Below the pieces are notes generated by a model that did no database searches, was not told where the DNA came from, and saw only the letters and a program-made list of their open reading frames with translations. A stretch of DNA of 63,004 bases, the filler included, from Octopus bimaculoides (lineage: Eukaryota): NCBI RefSeq assembly GCF_001194135.2. It is 8 parts of 8 records of this genome, joined end to end, with 100 filler letters (N's around TTAATTAATTAA, not from the genome) between each part and the next. Parts side by side here need not be neighbours in the genome. Positions count along the whole stretch, not along the records: positions 36,020 to 41,422 come from NC_068985.1; positions 41,523 to 50,445 come from NC_068981.1; positions 50,546 to 53,563 come from NC_069003.1; 5 more parts are not named here. One strand, 5' to 3'. Shown here piece after piece: positions 39,200-52,853 of this stretch (positions are counted from its first letter, which is position 1; each line of letters begins with the position of its first letter). The position numbers and the translations under genes were made by a program.

Positions 39200-39990
39200 C
39201 AAATTACCAACCGACAGCATAACTAAAACATACAAAAAAACAAACCACCACCACTCATAATTCAATTAACATAGAATCAGAAACTTTAGTCACAAAGTTT
39301 AAAGTAGAAAAGTTTACCTCATCAAACCCTTTTATAACCCTGAACGATCATAAAGATAATTTCACGCAAATCCCTAGCGGTAGATTAATAAATCCCACAA
39401 AAAGTGAAATAGGAATTATTAGTAAATCCATATTAGATAATATTATACGACATATCTGGTAAACCCAAATGCAAATTTATCCAGTTTGATATGAAGTTTT
39501 ACCCTTCACTCTCCAAAAGCTTGCTCTAAAAGTTACTTGAATTTGGAAAGGCATATCATTATCATAACAAACACTGATATAAACATAATTATAAATGCAA
39601 CAAAGTTATTACTTTTCCATAATAATTCCTATTGGATAAAAAGGAATGGGGACGAGCTATTTGAAGTGGCAATGGGGAGCTATGACAGAGCAGAGGTATC
39701 TGACCTTGTAGGCTCCTATATCCTTGACAGTCTTAGGAAAAAAAAAAAAAAAGAAGCTAATATGGGTTTATATAGGGACAATGGTCTAGGAATGGTACAC
39801 AATAAAAGCAGACATGGTATGGATAGGATAAGGAAAAAGCTATGCAAAATATTTAGCCAATTAGGTCTAAGAACCACAATTAGCACCAACCTTAAAGAAG
39901 TAAACTTCCTAGATATTGACATGAATATTAGCGCAGGCAAATTTAAACCCTACCACAAACCAAATGAGGAAGCCTTGGAAAATTGTTAAG
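39200..39990 (+). mobile_element. PLE reverse transcriptase fragment (Naiad-like), inactive
   Basis: FITLNDHKDNF..GRLINPTKSEIGIISK.ILD; KFIQFD..FYPS; FEVAMGSYDRAEVSDLVG; GLYRDNGL (catalytic DD changed to DN); VNFLDI..FKPYHKPN. Confidence 0.85.
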
Positions 39991-40102
39991 ATATTAAAAT
40001 AATTTACTGAAGATAAAACCAATGGTAGTCTTAATACACAAATGAAGAAATTTTATCCACCAATGCAGTGTTGATCACTCATTCTCATCATTTGAAATTT
40101 AC

Positions 40103-40142
<40 letters not shown>

Positions 40143-42774
40143 CACACACACACACACACACACATGCATGCACTCACACTCACATACATACATACATGGT
40201 TTATTGACTGTGTGCATGGTAGTTTATAAAAAGAAAAGTGGTTTAGTGTATATATGTATATATACAGTAGTTTATATACGATATATATGTGGTCAGCTGG
40301 AGCCAGTGGGTCTTGACTGAAGGGGCGGTAAAAAGCCAAACGGCATTTCAGTGTTCCCATTCAGCTGGGATTCCACATGCTGTGCCTCTCACTCCAGCAG
40401 CAACCTGATGTATTCAGCTGCTGTCAAAGTACTGGACACTCTGACAGATTTGTGATTGGGGTAGTGGTGACCTCTGACTTTCTAGACCCTGTGAACCATA
40501 TCTCTGCTCACCACTATTGAGTTGGAGATAGCCATCTGCAAGTGTGAGTCCCATGAGGCTGTGTGGCTGTCCCAGTGCATCTCCCTCACCACCCTCTGGG
40601 GCAATGCCTTTTCCATTTTGTCTGCTGGGACCATGAGGCAGATTGAAAAACCTTTTTAGATATTACTTGTTACCTACCAACCAATCATAATTTAATAGAA
40701 CAATCCTTATTGAACTATTTTGAAGGTAGTAAGGTGATTCAGTACAGTGGCCTAAAAATGGAATTGTGATAGAAGCCTGAAGTGATGATAATGAAATCCC
40801 ATATATAACATGAAACCAATGTGTAAAACACATACTTATGACTTTTTCATGGTCTCTGAACCTATTCTGCCAAATCCATTCACACAGGATGTTAATAAAG
40901 CACCACTTGTTCCACATTATTTTTTGAGTAACTTCTTGGCAAGCATCCATCATCCTTTGATAGTCTATGTATGGATGTTCTCATAATTGGTAAACAAAAT
41001 TTTAAGTATGATTCACAACATTGCAACTAATATAAGTGGAATAACATAGGAAACTTGTTCATCGATATCAAACATGTCCCTGACTATATCCATTGCAATC
41101 TAATGAGCTAAAGTATTACACATACATGAATGGGTGTCTCAGTCAGGCAGTGTTCCCATTTGTACTGCATCAAACACCCAATTCCCCTTATGTCGTTTAC
41201 CTGGTGATAGTTCTTCTGAATATATGTGATTTCACTATCGTCACTTTCAGAGCAAATTACTTTCACTTTTTTACAGTGCTAAACTACATGCTAATCAATT
41301 ATATGAACATAATAATAATGGTAATATTAATAACAATGATAAGTGTTGATTTCTCAGCCCAAGAATTACAGCGTGATGTGCTGCTTGACTGGTCCCCCCT
41401 CTCTCTCTCTCTTTATATATATNNNNNNNNNNNNNNNNNNNNNNNNNNNNNNNNNNNNNNNNNNNNTTAATTAATTAANNNNNNNNNNNNNNNNNNNNNN
41501 NNNNNNNNNNNNNNNNNNNNNNATATATATATATATATATAAATGTTGTGTATATATTGCATGTATGTGTGAGTGTGACTGTATGCCTTATGTAATCGTA
41601 TCTATGACCACGATGACATGGACATGAGAAATTCAGATTTTCGCTTCGTTTTATATCAACATTTCGACCCGATTCTGATTTATTTCGTGGCAGTATATTT
41701 CCTCCTTTCAATTTTTGCTCGGGGTTAAGGAAACTCTTTTGAAGATAGACGTCAGAATGTTGATGCAATCTATGTGACAGCACAATTGGGTGATTTCATA
41801 TTTTCATTGAATGTGTATCCTTTGAATCTTATATAAGACAGCATCATTCTGAAAATTGAGTTAAGCTTACATGTATGTGTTGAATTCTTAACATGTCGAA
41901 TGTCGCAAGCTAATTGCATAAATAGCTACTTGAGATGATCAAACAAAATGTATGTGTGTGGAGGAGTTGTTTTCCATAGATATACACATATGCACTCGTT
42001 CACGTACGATATGCAAATAGATATCTGGGTTGAAGAGCAATGCTCTCTCAGCTAATCAGACTGGCGAACATTTAAGTAGATTAGGCCATCTTAAATCTCG
42101 GTAACGATGTTTATTGAAATCAACCGGTGCACACAAACATATTAACATTACCAATGAAAAATACGGATACTACTGGAAACGTCTTTCTCGTTGTCAAATC
42201 AATTCAGTCAATTCACTGTCAACATATTCTAAATTATTGCACTATGCCCGCGTTTGCTGGACAGGTTCTACATAAATAAAGGGAACTATGTTTTAATAAG
42301 GATATGTATTTTGCTATGCCGAAGAATATAGATTTCATTAGGGACTGAGTAACAAGTCGAATCTTATACAATTTCCCAAGTTGTATTTCAATGCATTTTG
42401 AGACACACACACATACATACATTCATACATACATGCAAACATACATACATACATACATGTAAATAAATATCCATATACACACAAGCACATATATATCTCG
42501 ACGTATGCATATCTATATCTATCCTTTTATATCTTTCCATAATGACTATCTCTCTCTTTCTATATACATATAAAAATATATATAGACATAAAAGATCTGT
42601 TTCCTTCCCGAGCCATGCCAGGCTCCAAAGGGCCGCTTTCCCGGTTTCAGTGGCGTATATATAGCCTCCCCTCCTCTGGACGGGACACCGATCCGTCATA
42701 GAATTATTAATTTTTGTCGGTTAAATGAAGGACACAACCCATCACCCGGTTCGAAATCGAAACCACAATTTTAT

Positions 42775-43455
42775 GATACCAACCACATGGTTCCGGGTTC
42801 AGTCCCACTGTGTGGCACCTTAGGCAAGTATCTTCTACTATAGCCTCGGACCGACCAAAACCTTCTGAGTGGATATACACATACNNNNNNNNNNNNNNNN
42901 NNNNNNNNNNNNNNNNNNNNNNNNNNNNNNNNNNNNNNNNNNNNNNNNNNNNNNNNNNNNNNNNNNNNNNNNNNNNNNNNNNNNNNNNNNNNNNNNNNNN
43001 NNNNNNNNNNNNNNNNNNNNNNNNNNNNNNNNNNNNNNNNNNNNNNNNNNNNNNNNNNNNNNNNNNNNNNNNNNNNNNNNNNNNNNNNNNNNNNNNNNNN
43101 NNNNNNNNNNNNNNNNNNNNNNNNNNNNNNNNNNNNNNNNNNNNNNNNNNNNNNNNNNNNNNNNNNNNNNNNNNNNNNNNNNNNNNNNNNNNNNNNNNNN
43201 NNNNNNNNNNNNATATATATATATATGTATATATATATATGTGTGTGTGTGTATGTTTTTATGTCTGTGTTTATCTCCCCAACATCGCATGACAACCGAT
43301 GCTGGTGGGTTTATGTCCCTATAACTTAGCGCTTCACCAAAAGTGAACGATAGAATAAGTACTAGGCTTACAAAGAATAAGTCCTGGGGCAGCTTCCTCG
43401 ACTAAAGGCGGTGCTCCAGCATGGCCACAGTCAAATGACTGAAACAAGCAAAGGA
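42775..43455 (+). mobile_element. CORE-like tRNA-SINE spanning a gap
   Basis: Head part accaaccacatggttccgggttcagtcccactgtgtggcaccttaggcaagtatctt before the gap and the family tail after it. Confidence 0.8.
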
Positions 43456-43619
43456 GAGCGTATATATATGTACATATAAAGATAGACATATATATATACA
43501 TATTCACGTATAGATATATATATATTCATGCATACATACATACATACATACATGCACATATATATATATATATATATATGTTAAATCTATGAACGAGGTA
43601 TTAACAGTAACTGCACGAC

Positions 43620-43726
43620 AAGGTGAAGTATATTCCTAAGGGTGGATGTTCTCGTGGGGCTAAAAGCAACAATAGCATCCACCCTTAGGGGTCAGCCACA
43701 TTTAAGTGGCAAATATACTTCACCTT
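43620..43726. other. Compact, perfectly paired three-way-junction element of unknown type
   Basis: P1 15 bp: 43620-43634 / 43712-43726. P2 14 bp: 43635-43648 / 43676-43689. P3 5 bp: 43695-43699 / 43706-43710. Confidence 0.8.
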
Positions 43727-44149
43727 ATATATATATATTTATGCACACATATATGCAAGATATAGGATTATTCATAATATTTCTGAAGGTGTGATATCGA
43801 AAGTAATAACTAGATTTTCTACTTTCTCATCAAATATTGTGCTAAGTTTACCTGAAGACTGACGTTAGCACTTATAAGACGTTTGTGTTTCTTTTTTTGA
43901 ACATTTCTGCAAGGTAGAAATGCCACTGTATATGCGTTTGTTCTATGCGTGAGAATTCGATGGCGAATGAATGTCTGTTTTATAGCACTTTACGTGACTT
44001 TTTTGCTTTTAGCAATTATGCATCTATCTCCCCGCTTCAAATTGCTGCTATTTAAGGAAGAATATGTTGCTTTCTATTTTCATATAAAATACATTATTCT
44101 TGCTATTTAATCTTTTATAAAAAAATCCTTAGAGATCGCTTACACAATC

Positions 44150-44700
44150 CCGCTCACAGAGATTATTATGATTTAGTAATGCGCAGATGTTTATATCGTA
44201 TCTAAACACGAGATCATCTGAAATCGTAAGTGGAATTTGAACAATGGGCAAATTTTGCCTATCTATATCACTTTATTAATTGAAGACCTACACAGTAATC
44301 TCATAATGAGAAATGTTTGGCCAATAATCGACGTCATGTTCTTCCTAAGCACACTATCAAACACGCTATCGAAAGCATTTGACGTGCTTAGCACAATTTG
44401 TCCCTCAGTATGACTATAAAAATAAAGTGTGTGGATTAATCCCTGCTTTTAGTAAATGTTCACAGTTGCTTCATTACAGTTTTCTGAAGACAAAGCGTAC
44501 AGAAACTTATGGATGTATAAGAAATACGTACAATCATTCAAGAATTCTTCTTCTTACATTTTTGTATCAGCTGAATGCATGCAGTTGATTTGTACTCTCC
44601 ATCATATATGCTGTAAAAGTATTGTACACTTAAGTAAATTTATTATTTTAAAGCGTTTTAATTTACATTACTCACACGCAGGTGCAGGTCACATTAATAT
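44150..44700 (+). mobile_element. Very decayed CR1/L2-type RT remnant
   Basis: TLSKAFDV near 44365-44390, then SFLKTKR and FVSAECMQL at roughly the spacing of the FL..R and YADDTQL motifs; weak. Confidence 0.3.
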
Positions 44701-44890
44701 CAAAAATCATATAACTTAGTCTCAAGAATTCGGCAGCAACACCGTTTATTAAAAGCATGCTCGAAATTTAACTTATATTCTAACATAACCGCCATTCTTT
44801 ACTTATACCAATTGCCATACTCGCACATATGTATATATATATATATATATCAATAGAGAGATATATATATAGATATATTATGTAAGCATG

Positions 44891-44929
<39 letters not shown>

Positions 44930-45228
44930 NNNNNNNNNNNNNNNNNNNNNNNNNNNNNNNNNNNNNNNNNNNNNNNNNNNNNNNNNNNNNNNNNNNNNNN
45001 NNNNNNNNNNNNNNNNNNNNNNNNNNNNNNNNNNNNNNNNNNNNNNNNNNNNNNNNNNNNNNNNNNNNNNNNNNNNNNNNNNNNNNNNNNNNNNNNNNNN
45101 NNNNNNNNNNNNNNNNNNNNNNNNNNNNNNNNNNNNNNNNNNNNNNNNNNNNNNNNNNNNNNNNNNNNNNNNNNNNNNNNNNNNNNNNNNNNNNNNNNNN
45201 NNNNNNNNNNNNTATATATATATATACA

Positions 45229-46121
45229 TACTGGTTGCGATGGGTAAATTGTCATCATATACTACTTTTAATTTCGCGCACGGGCATTGTTTGCTTTTGA
45301 TTTTGTCGACTACACATCATATGAGGGTCCGTTTGGCATTGCCTGTGAGAAAAAAAAAAGCACCATGACACAATTCACTCTGCCAGAAATTGGGAAACAT
45401 GCTATACCGCTTAGTATTCGCGCCAGAAGCTCAAATGCAAACGTTTCAGAGTATCTGGGTGTCAATCTGAGGACGACGCAATCCGAGGACGTCACCCAGA
45501 GTGATTCGGCCTTGTTACCTGAGTCAACATGATGTTCTTTGAGATGATCACTAGTGATAGCGACGTTATCCGTCCACTCACCTTCCCGTATGACCTCAAA
45601 CTCAACACGGAGGCCTACATTAAACATCTGAAGGGGGTAGTGCTGCCCTGGGAGAAGAGGGTGGCTGCTGGAAGACCCAATGTCTGGCAACAGGACTCTG
45701 CACCATGCCACACAAGCAGGAGAACCCAAGCATGGCAGTCAGATAATTTCTACGAGCACATCAACCTTAAAATCTGGCTCCCTAATAATCCAGACTGCAA
45801 CACACTTGATTATAATGCGTGGGACGCACTTCAGCGAGAGACCAAGAAAGCTCTTTGTAATTCAAAAGATGAAATGGCGGCAAGGATTATGGCAACATTC
45901 ACCAATTTAAACAATGTGACCATCCAGATGAGCTGCAGGGGATTCCAAACTCCTCTGGCAGCTGTGGTCGAAGCCAATGGCGATTATATTAAATAAATTT
46001 ACTCCTTGGTATTTCAAGACATTTTTGTGTAATGTTGGTAAATATATATGTCATGATAAGATGTCAGTGTTACTTTCATTTTTGCATAATTTAGACTATA
46101 GTTTATTCACCACACCCCGTA
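45229..46121 (+). mobile_element. maT/mori-family (DD37D) Tc1-mariner transposon, N-terminally deleted
   Basis: ORF 45529-45996 contains WQQDSAPCH...WLPNNPDCNTLDY with 37 residues between the catalytic Asp residues; degenerate TIRs TACTGGTTGCGATGGGTAAA and TTTATTCACCACACCCCGTA. Confidence 0.85.
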
Positions 46122-46388
46122 TATGTGTGTACACACGTGTATATATATCTATATATTTATATATACTAAGTGCATCTCTATATATAAATGCCTCGCGCTA
46201 CGAGGGACTCTTAAAGTAAAAACTACCATAATCAACATATTTTACTGAACTCGAGGGAATGCATCTCTCGATACGAGCATCTTATATATATATATAATTT
46301 AGATAGATAGATAAATAGACAGATAGATAGATATATTATATATGTACGTATGTGTATATATATATATCTATATATATCCATTTATATA

Positions 46389-46425
<37 letters not shown>

Positions 46426-46486
46426 NNNNNNNNNNNNNNNNNNNNNNNNNNNNNNNNNNNNNNNNNNATATACATATATATATATG

Positions 46487-46534
<48 letters not shown>

Positions 46535-47149
46535 CGTGTGTGCGTGCGCGCGCGCGTGTGTGTATTTGTGTGTGTTTACTTCTATATACATTACGTGGTT
46601 GGTTGATAAGAATGTTGCCTCCCAACTACATGGTTCCGGGTTTAGTCATGCATAATTTGCAAATATACAAATGCATTTACTACATATATTTAGGACATAT
46701 TTAGTGCATCGAGATCTTGTACTAAAGCAAGTTAAGATTTTGAAACTTTCCGTTGTTCCGTATATTATAGAATTGTGCAGATTTAAAATACTTTGGTTAG
46801 ATTACTCAAAAAAGTTACATTTATTCGTAAATCCAATAATTTCAAGTATAAATTCAGAGAAGTTCTTGAGATCTTTGAAAACTACCCAAGCGTTTTTATT
46901 AAAGTTGATAAGAGACTTTTGTATATGGAAGATATAGACATTCATATAATAAATCATTTATAGTTAATGTTAATAAAATATGAGAAAACCAGACATTAAA
47001 AGAGAAAAGGAATGGATGCATTAATGAGAAAGCAAGAATAATCTGTCAGCAAAATATAAAACGACATTGATAAAAAAGTTAACCGACATAATCTACGAAG
47101 TGCATTTTTGACATTGAAAGATCACAAAAAATAAAATTTATCCATAATT

Positions 47150-49850
47150 CTAATGACAGACAACATAATCCAGATGAAGGCAAGCTTGTTATTATTAGCA
47201 AATTAACATTAGATGAAATCAGCACACACATCAGAGGATCTTCAAACCATAACCAATATCTGTGTATCAGTGGACTAACTGATTAGTATACGCGTCTAGA
47301 TAATAACCATAAATATAAGTTCATGCACTTGAACATTTTCGGATTGTGTCCGTCAGCCTCGAAAGACATCCGCCTCCAGGTCTTAGATTAAGATTTGCTA
47401 TATATATATCACAAACACGAAGATTCAAACTGAAAAATATGGTTGCAATATGAATATTATTGAAACTGCGCTTTAATATTTGCAAATTTGCATACGCGAT
47501 TTACACATTAACATCGTTCAATCTATGATAATTTGTTATAGTAAAATGTTGTTGCTCGATTGCATTTTTCATTCTGCTATTTAAGATTTTTACACCTCTG
47601 TAGTTCACAAATATATTTCACTCTTTAGCTGATATATTTTTTCTATATGGTGTAGTCATGTCAGTGAGTAGGCATGTTTTAACTTTTTAACGCTTATCGA
47701 CAATGACAAGTCGAATGACATTTATTGTGCACTCTGTGAGGACTGTTTAAATCGTTGCAGCTGTTAGTTTGATTATTTTGTAGAGATGGTGTTCGTATCA
47801 GATTTTAGCACACTCTATACCATAATGTTTGCATAGCGCTGTGCAGTAATACCTGGCTATATATTCGGTTGGGGTGAAGGCGGAATACCCTGGCGTAATC
47901 TGGTCTTTTGTCTCTAATTGTTCGACACAGACATTTCAACGTAAGTGTGCTCCATATTTGAGGATGGTTGTTTGGTAGATTCTTATTAATAAGATTTTAA
48001 CTTAGGCAATAAGGCTGAATCACTCAATTTCGACTTTTAAACCCGTGCTTCGAAGCCACCGATTGCTTTGTGGTTGGTCAACATCAGCGTCCTCTTCCAT
48101 CTTCTTTTCTCGGTATCTGTCATAATGATTTTCATTTTGTTGATGGTGAGAAATTGTCGTTAATGTTCATCCTTCCTCTGAAATTAGGATAGATTCCGGT
48201 TGTCGTAATTTAAACTATATTGCACTAAATTTACACCTAAGGTGTTCATAGCCTCCCTACCAGTTGCAGAGTTGAGTGCAGTTTTGAGAACCATACTCAC
48301 CCTCGTATATACCTTGTGATTCAAAAGTTTTCTTCAGTTTTTGTTGCCCTTGCCAAATCAAGTTTGATGACCGATGTTGCAGTTAACTTTCCTTTCTTGA
48401 AAGTTGTTTACCACGTCCTAAAGTCATTCCTATATCTCCACGAAACAGTTATTCTTTTATTGTAACTTATTCTGAAGCTTCAAAGTTTTTAGCATATCGT
48501 TTCAGGTCATCCATAAAGAATAAATAAACACTTTGCTGTTGCTATTGTTGTTTGTGTGCGTGTGGCGGAAGAGATTCATCTTGGAAGATTCAGCAGTTTA
48601 TTTTCATTTCCTTGACTCTGTTACCGAGGTTTGAAACGAAATGAGTTACAGTTACACCATTCTTATTTGCTTAGAAAAATGCACATCCTTTCAGTAAATA
48701 TGTACATCCTATTGAAAACAGAATTGTGTAATTCAGTAATTCATATTAAGGTATGTATTCATCTATATATCTTCGCTTATTGTTTTGTTTGTTTCTGATG
48801 TTTTCGGATGGGGATTTTCTCAAGTTTTGTATAAGGGCACTCATCTCTTTTGTTAACGCCTTGTACATTCCTATAAGTGTATATAACCAGTAATTTGCAA
48901 TTTGATCTATTCCTAGTAACTTACATTTCTATTATGTGCTAATGGTTTGTCATAGCCCTGTTACTTCCATCTCTAATCATTTTTGATCTTCAACATTTTT
49001 CAACATTTATTCTCCTTACTAATACAAGCGGCTAGCTTCTGATTTTCTTCTGAAATTAATAATCTTTAATCACATTAGATTGATTATGTCTTTCTACTGG
49101 TTGTTTTCTTCTAAAACCGCTTTGCGTCTGTTTGAAAAATCATGTTCTGTCTACATAATGTATTTATTTGTATCATTTCATCTTACCCATTGTGATTTGT
49201 CTAGTGTGTGCTTTTCAGGGTCTAATTAATTATAGGCTAAGTAGATTTGTTCGTCTCATAATTTGTACTTTCTTTCAACTGTTCTTGCTTTTATTATTTT
49301 GACATTCATTCTGTTCGAAATCTCAGTAACAATCGCCAATTCCTCTTTCAGATGTTTACTTTTTGACTTTTCACTTTGTTTACCTGTCGACAGCTTTGTT
49401 CTTTATATTTACTTTACGTTCAGTTTGGTTGCCCATACAGAATACAAGCGTGTTGATGGTTTTTAGATCAGTTTCACTTTTTCTCAGCATTTCTTTCACT
49501 ACTGAAATTACACTAGATTTTATCTGTCTTTCCTTTCCCAGTATATTACTGAGTGCATTGTCAAACATTTTGGGGTTCTTAGTTGGCCCCTTGTTTTTTT
49601 CTTTCCTCTTTTTCTCCATACAGGGCATGTCAGTTCAATGATTTTACAATACTGTCTATTGATGACTGAGTAAATAGTTTTCATCATATCTTTATAATCC
49701 TTAACCTTTCTACTTTGAATTACGTTTTCTGTTAATATTTTGTTGCGGATGATCTAACAGTTCGGGTAGCGTGTTTACCAGTTCTGATAAACTTTTGCAT
49801 TATTCATTTGGGCTTTTTCTCCAGAAGTTTGTTTCACGAAATCCTTCTAG
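47150..49850 (-). mobile_element. Decayed R4/Dong-type LINE
   Basis: The minus strand gives LFFMDDLKRYAKN (about 48490-48525) and then VLKTALNSATGREAMNTL and a GRGL-like motif downstream, in the same order as elements B and C. Confidence 0.7.
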
Positions 49851-50545
49851 TACACCACTAGGAGATGAATTCACTGGCAGCGCCTTTGACGGACGAAGCA
49901 GTATGATCTGTGTAATTTAGATATTTATCTGATATTAAACATCCCCTTTTCCTTACAGGAAAAGAAAATTGTCTGCATTACCATACTAAACAGGTTCGCC
50001 TAAATAGAATAGAAGGGAACTAATTTACCCCATCGTGAGATATTGTCCTACATCAGTACCTTATAGCCCGCAGATAGTAGGGAACAGAGGAGTGCCTAAT
50101 AAATGGAGCCTTATGCAGAGTAAAGTTTGCTGAATAGGCTGAAACGGACTTGATAAACTTGTTATAGACACATAACAACCTGATATTTTTGGCACTACAC
50201 TTTTCATTACCTCAGTGATTATATCATCATCACCATAGTCGTCATCATCATCAACAGCACCAGCGTCATCAGAATCGCCGGTGTAGTCGGCTTTGTCACT
50301 ATTGTCGTCGCCGGCGTCGTCATCGTCGTTGTTCTACATACCGGTGTTGCTTCAATTCTCATAACATAGGCTTAAAATATGCATCGTTTTACCGCTTTGG
50401 CATAGAATTAAGGAGACTTAGGTGTATATATATATATATATATATNNNNNNNNNNNNNNNNNNNNNNNNNNNNNNNNNNNNNNNNNNNNTTAATTAATTA
50501 ANNNNNNNNNNNNNNNNNNNNNNNNNNNNNNNNNNNNNNNNNNNN

Positions 50546-50626
<81 letters not shown>

Positions 50627-51241
50627 GTATATATATATAGATTACATGCCATATATATATAAGATACATATTATATATATTAAATATATATGTATATATG
50701 CATATATACGAATAAGCATGCGTGCACACACACACATACAGATACACATACACACGCGCACACGTGTGTGTTTGTGTGTGTGTGTGTGTGTGTAAGGCTA
50801 TCAAGAAGTCTTCTGTAAGAAAAAATTCCTGAAACACAGTTGAACTTCTCACAGTGAAGAAAATTTAGCATAGTTTTACTATTTTATGCCAGTTGTTGCT
50901 CTCTTCATATTTTCGACGACCACACTGAGAGCTTTTCAAAAACTTTGAAACGAACGAAACTTTTTGAAAAGAACTGTTTGGTTTGTGGTTGGAAATTTAA
51001 AGATGAAAAGATAAACAATATAACAATACAGTATGCTTTATTCTCGGCATTCTTAAATTTTCTGCTGCATCATACATACTAACACACATACACACCCACA
51101 CCCACCCACACATACATACAAACATACATACATATATATGTATATAGAGAGAGATACACATATATATATATATACACACACACACACATATATATATATA
51201 TATGCATAATATATATGCATATATATATACATACATGAATA

Positions 51242-51328
<87 letters not shown>

Positions 51329-51764
51329 TTACAGTAGAAAATAGTGAATGCGCGTGCGTATGTGGGAAGGTTCGTGGCGTGGCCGATAGGGTGTTGACCT
51401 CACGTTCATAAGGTCATGGGTTTCACACCCAGGCCGGGCACTGCGTTTTGTCCTTCATTCTAAGCTTCTCTAGTCTACGCAACTGAAAATGAGTACCAGT
51501 CTCTGTCTCTCTCCCTCTTTCTCTCTCTCTCTCTAGAGATCTCACACCTTCGATATTATCTTGGGCCACGGATAGGAGGGCCAACAAGGCATCTGTGTCC
51601 GCCCATGACTCTGTAAGCACCTGAAACAATTAACAAAAGCATGGTACACGTTACCGAGACATACCCGCAGGCGAGCGACAGCTGTGAGGCCACTTGCTTC
51701 TCTACAGACAACAGTAATTAGTCTGGAAATCAATAAATCTTAACAACGATGAACGAGGCATTTT

Positions 51765-51925
51765 AACTTGTTTCTCTCCTTGTTTCTTTCTGTGTTCCTT
51801 TCAGTTGAAGAGCGTAGACTCGAAACGTCAAAGGCTTTCTCTATTCCCGAGCGTTAAACTAATACATCCATCTGTTGTTTACACCACCTGTCTTCGTCTG
51901 TTGCTTTTTCGTAAATTCTCCCATA
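51765..51925 (+). mobile_element. PLE 3' repeat fragment with hammerhead-like motif at 51797-51834
   Basis: CCTTT-CAGTTGA-A-GAGC/gta/GACTC-GAAACGTC-AAAGG; homologous to 11960-12170 and 30580-30785. Confidence 0.7.
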
Positions 51926-52653
51926 NNNNNNNNNNNNNNNNNNNNNNNNNNNNNNNNNNNNNNNNNNNNNNNNNNNNNNNNNNNNNNNNNNNNNNNNNNN
52001 NNNNNNNNNNNNNNNNNNNNNNNNNNNNNNNNNNNNNNNNNNNNNNNNNNNNNNNNNNNNNNNNNNNNNNNNNNNNNNNNNNNNNNNNNNNNNNNNNNNN
52101 NNNNNNNNNNNNNNNNNNNNNNNNNNNNNNNNNNNNNNNNNNNNNNNNNNNNNNNNNNNNNNNNNNNNNNNNNNNNNNNNNNNNNNNNNNNNNNNNNNNN
52201 NNNNNNNNNNNNNNNNNNNNNNNNNNNNNNNNNNNNNNNNNNNNNNNNNNNNNNNNNNNNNNNNNNNNNNNNNNNNNNNNNNNNNNNNNNNNNNNNNNNN
52301 NNNNNNNNNNNNNNNNNNNNNNNNNNNNNNNNNNNNNNNNNNNNNNNNNNNNNNNNNNNNNNNGAAGAAAATATTGACAACAGACTTACATTAAAATATA
52401 AATTTTGAAAAATGTTTTTTTTTGTTTTGTTTCTGTTTGAATCGTGTTATTTAGTTTAGTGATTTATGGGGGTTTTTTAAGATTGTCACCGTTGTTGTTG
52501 TTGTTATTGTTGTTGTTGATTCTCATGAACAAGAAAACGTTCGTGTTTCTTTCGTTCATATTGTAGCGTCTCATGTCTGTTGTCGGTTGTCCATCAATAG
52601 GTTTGTATGTATTAAAATCTGTATGCTTATCAGTCTGTTTGTCTATCCGTCTC

Positions 52654-52699
<46 letters not shown>

Positions 52700-52700
<1 letters not shown>

Positions 52701-52800
52701 AATATAGAAGACAATAGCCCAAGGTGTCACAGAGAGGGACTGAACCCAGAAACATGTAGTTGCAAAGCAGGCTTCTTACCACATACCCATGCCTACGCTT
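52700..52800 (-). mobile_element. SINE head fragment
   Basis: gcccaaggtgtcacagagagggactgaacccagaaacatgtagttgcaaagcaggcttcttaccaca is the reverse complement of the CORE-like family head. Confidence 0.65.
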
Positions 52801-52806
52801 ACGAGA

Positions 52807-52853
<47 letters not shown>

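Noticed and set aside
40740-41200. Faint Ty3/Gypsy RT-like words (MDVLIIG)
   Set aside because: Needs several frameshifts and lacks an intact YxDD motif; cannot be supported without an alignment.
41590-41830. Plus frame resembling GPCR TM1-GN..TM2 (PILIYFVAVYFLLSIFARG*GN...IYVTAQLGDFIFSL..YP)
   Set aside because: In-frame stop, the segment after GN is too short and not hydrophobic, and no further helices follow; hydrophobic runs are common in T-rich DNA.
43620-43726. Calling the three-way junction a hammerhead ribozyme
   Set aside because: The core reads CUGACCC and GAAU, missing G8, A9 and A15.1; it is kept only as an unknown structured element.
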